Positions 62,072-64,000 of a stretch of 64,000 nt of DNA are shown here, piece after piece. This DNA is from Histomonas meleagridis 2922-C6/04-290x (Eukaryota; Protista; Parabasalia), in assembly GCA_020184695.1 (NCBI GenBank), contig JAANOX010000153.1:62001-126000 (forward strand). The letters run 5' to 3'. How positions within the stretch are numbered: the first letter of the stretch is position 1; each line of letters opens with the position of its first letter. The notes under the pieces were generated by a model, which saw only the letters and a list, made by a program, of their open reading frames with translations, had not been told where the DNA came from and did not search any database. The position numbers and the translations under genes were made by a program.

Positions 62072-63442
62072 ATGAAATCAAAGTGGAAGACGGCAATTCG
62101 GCTTGGAGCAATTTTGGGACAGCCCCCATTTAAGAAAAGTGACAAAATGAACAACTGGACACTTTACAATCCTTTTAGTCCCAATAGAAACGCAAATAAT
62201 TTCCAAAAAAGCGAACCACAAAGCGAAAAATTCCAGTATGCAATTTGTTATTCAACTCAAAATAATTACAAAAGAAATCCGATTTTTAATTCTTTTGGAG
62301 CTCGATATAATGATGAAAGAACAAAAACGGTTATGTTTTTAGATCCAAACCTTGGGGTTTTCACATTTAATAGAAACAATAAGTACAAACAATTTCTCCA
62401 ATTCAATGGAAATACAGATCTTTTAAAATCAGAAATTCTAATATCACCATGCGATATCTCAAAGGCGCAAAGCATAACACATAATATATCCGAACTTAGA
62501 AAGCGAAATTTTGCCAATTTTTATTCAAATGGAATTCTTAATTTATCTAACATATTCCAAAGGCTGCTGAAGATTTCTAAAACTAATGAACAAATCAATC
62601 AAGGTACTTTCCGTTTTATTATTTTTATGTTTTCAATTGCACTAAAAAGCAATGATAGAAACATAGTAACACATTTGATTTTAGATTCCAATCGCTTGTC
62701 GGCAAGCTCAATTGATGGTGTATCAATTTATTTTCCAGAATTAATTGATATTTCAATGAAAAATTGTAACATACAAAGAAGTGCTTTAGAGCCATATCTG
62801 ATAAATCTCGTTAACATTCATCATCAAAAGATTAATGTTACTGTTGGAATTCTTGATCAAATTCAACCAAAAGAATTTGTTGTTCCAGAAGTAAGCATCC
62901 CTATTAAAACAGAATACCAAGCAGCACCCAGAAAGTTAACTTTAGAGAACTTCCCACCAATTTCGATAAATGTTGAAGAATGTGCATTTAACAGATTTAT
63001 TGTCTCCTTTTTCTTCACGCAGTGGAGTTACATTCAAAACAGTTCTCCTTTTTATGGTGATAATTCTGTGTTCTCTTTTATGGTTTCTCCTGATTTGATG
63101 AAGAAAGTTTACGGTGACACTTTTATGAAAGCTCAAACAAACCTATTCAATGTTAACGGTCTCCGCCATTTTGTAGGGAGAAATGCAATCCAAAAAATTT
63201 TATTAATTCTATTTCAATCAGGTTTTTGTGCACATCCAACATCTATTTCAAAGGTTCTTCTGGGGCAAACAGAAAAGTTATGTTCTGTTGTAATGCATGG
63301 AGCTGTTCAAGTTGGAACAGAATTGATGATGTTTAATCGATCATTAATTGTGCAACTGAATAGTTTTTACGATCCACAAAATGAAAATAGCGGTCAGCCA
63401 TTTTTTATTTTAAATGATCATTTATATCTTCGGAGTCCATAA
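62072..63442 (+). CDS. NXF1/Mex67-like mRNA export factor (LRR + NTF2-like), no evident UBA domain
   Basis: LRR-like ILNLSNI, LILDSNRLS and ISMKNCNI. NTF2-like segments FYGDNSVFSF, GRNAIQKIL..L...H, FNRSLIV and terminal ILNDHL. Confidence 0.5.
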   Translation: MKSKWKTAIRLGAILGQPPFKKSDKMNNWTLYNPFSPNRNANNFQKSEPQSEKFQYAICYSTQNNYKRNPIFNSFGARYNDERTKTVMFLDPNLGVFTFNRNNKYKQFLQFNGNTDLLKSEILISPCDISKAQSITHNISELRKRNFANFYSNGILNLSNIFQRLLKISKTNEQINQGTFRFIIFMFSIALKSNDRNIVTHLILDSNRLSASSIDGVSIYFPELIDISMKNCNIQRSALEPYLINLVNIHHQKINVTVGILDQIQPKEFVVPEVSIPIKTEYQAAPRKLTLENFPPISINVEECAFNRFIVSFFFTQWSYIQNSSPFYGDNSVFSFMVSPDLMKKVYGDTFMKAQTNLFNVNGLRHFVGRNAIQKILLILFQSGFCAHPTSISKVLLGQTEKLCSVVMHGAVQVGTELMMFNRSLIVQLNSFYDPQNENSGQPFFILNDHLYLRSP

Positions 63443-63511
63443 AATATATTTTTGTTAAAATAAAACTACTTTTAATATTAACGCAAATTTTCATTTTTAT
63501 CAATATGACAA

Positions 63512-63795
63512 AAACTAAAATTACAGCAACTACAACTATAATTCCGCATATTACACACCCAGCAATCAACGCGACATTACTTTCTTTTCTTTCATCATTT
63601 ATATCTGCTTTTGTTAAAATAATACTACTTTTAATGTTAATACAAATTTTTATTATAAATTTTCATTTTCTTTTTTCCTTTTAATCAGTATTACGGAAAC
63701 TAAAATTACAGCAACTACAACTATAATTCCGCATATTACACACCCAGCAATCAGTGTAGTATTGCTTTCTTTTCCTTCATCATTTATATCTGCTT
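63512..63795. repeat. Direct repeat (period 185 nt) of a TM-coding module
   Basis: A 57-bp identical core occurs at 63512-63568 and 63697-63753, with similarity extending about 100 bp. Confidence 0.9.
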
Positions 63796-64000
63796 CATAA
63801 AATCCGATTCTATTACCTTCAGTTATAACATTTTTTGCTTTATTTTCAGTAAAAGTTACGCCCATTCTAACTTTGAAGTTACTATTGTTATTTAAAGGTA
63901 TATAAACATTATTAACAATTTTTATATTTGTTGCAACATCTATATAAAACGAACCTCTATAATCCAATTCATTATAACCTTTTTTATCGTTTTTAATAAT
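63653..64000 (-). CDS. C-terminal part of a type I membrane (surface) protein, continues beyond the window
   Basis: Frame is open to the right edge and ends TTLIAGCVICGIIVVVAVILVSVILI-KRKKENENL*. Confidence 0.65.
   Translation of the reverse strand: MIKNDKKGYNELDYRGSFYIDVATNIKIVNNVYIPLNNNSNFKVRMGVTFTENKAKNVITEGNRIGFYEADINDEGKESNTTLIAGCVICGIIVVVAVILVSVILIKRKKENENL

Noticed and set aside
1-64000. rRNA, tRNA or other structured RNA genes
   Set aside because: None recognised by eye. A covariance-model scan would be needed to exclude small RNAs, including any guide for the 17-nt inserts.

Overview
AT-rich eukaryotic nuclear DNA, inferred to be a parabasalid (trichomonad). The inference rests on Inr-like TCAYT and M3-like core promoter motifs, near-intronless genes, BspA and DUF3447-type ankyrin families, and one 23-nt GT-AG intron. 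About 22 intact genes are present: MATE and MFS transporters, two membrane-anchored S8 subtilisins, TBC Rab-GAP, BEACH protein, MAP65, a KXD1-like gene, GRP170/HYOU1, RIO1, an EF-hand protein, a nucleoplasmin-like protein, acyl-CoA synthetase, guanine deaminase, a mucolipin-like channel and an NXF1-like protein. There are also several pseudogenes and a decayed Tc1 (DD34E) transposon. The main discovery concerns the ankyrin genes, which look broken but are interrupted by fixed-length 17-nt A/T-rich inserts lacking GT-AG ends, placed between single codons of the ankyrin beta-hairpin. The usual 80-nt gap between repeats parses as 4 x (17-nt insert + 1 codon). The hidden codons spell the canonical hairpin, e.g. 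N-K-D-G-E-T-A-L, D-N-D-G-N-T-A-L, N-R-D-G-R-T-A-L. Deleting the 17-mers restores full ORFs of 588 aa and 524 aa, plus 747 aa after one homopolymer correction. This points to an unrecognised RNA-processing or recoding mechanism that acts on 3-nt micro-exons. No database search or RNA data was available, so the mechanism and its novelty remain untested.
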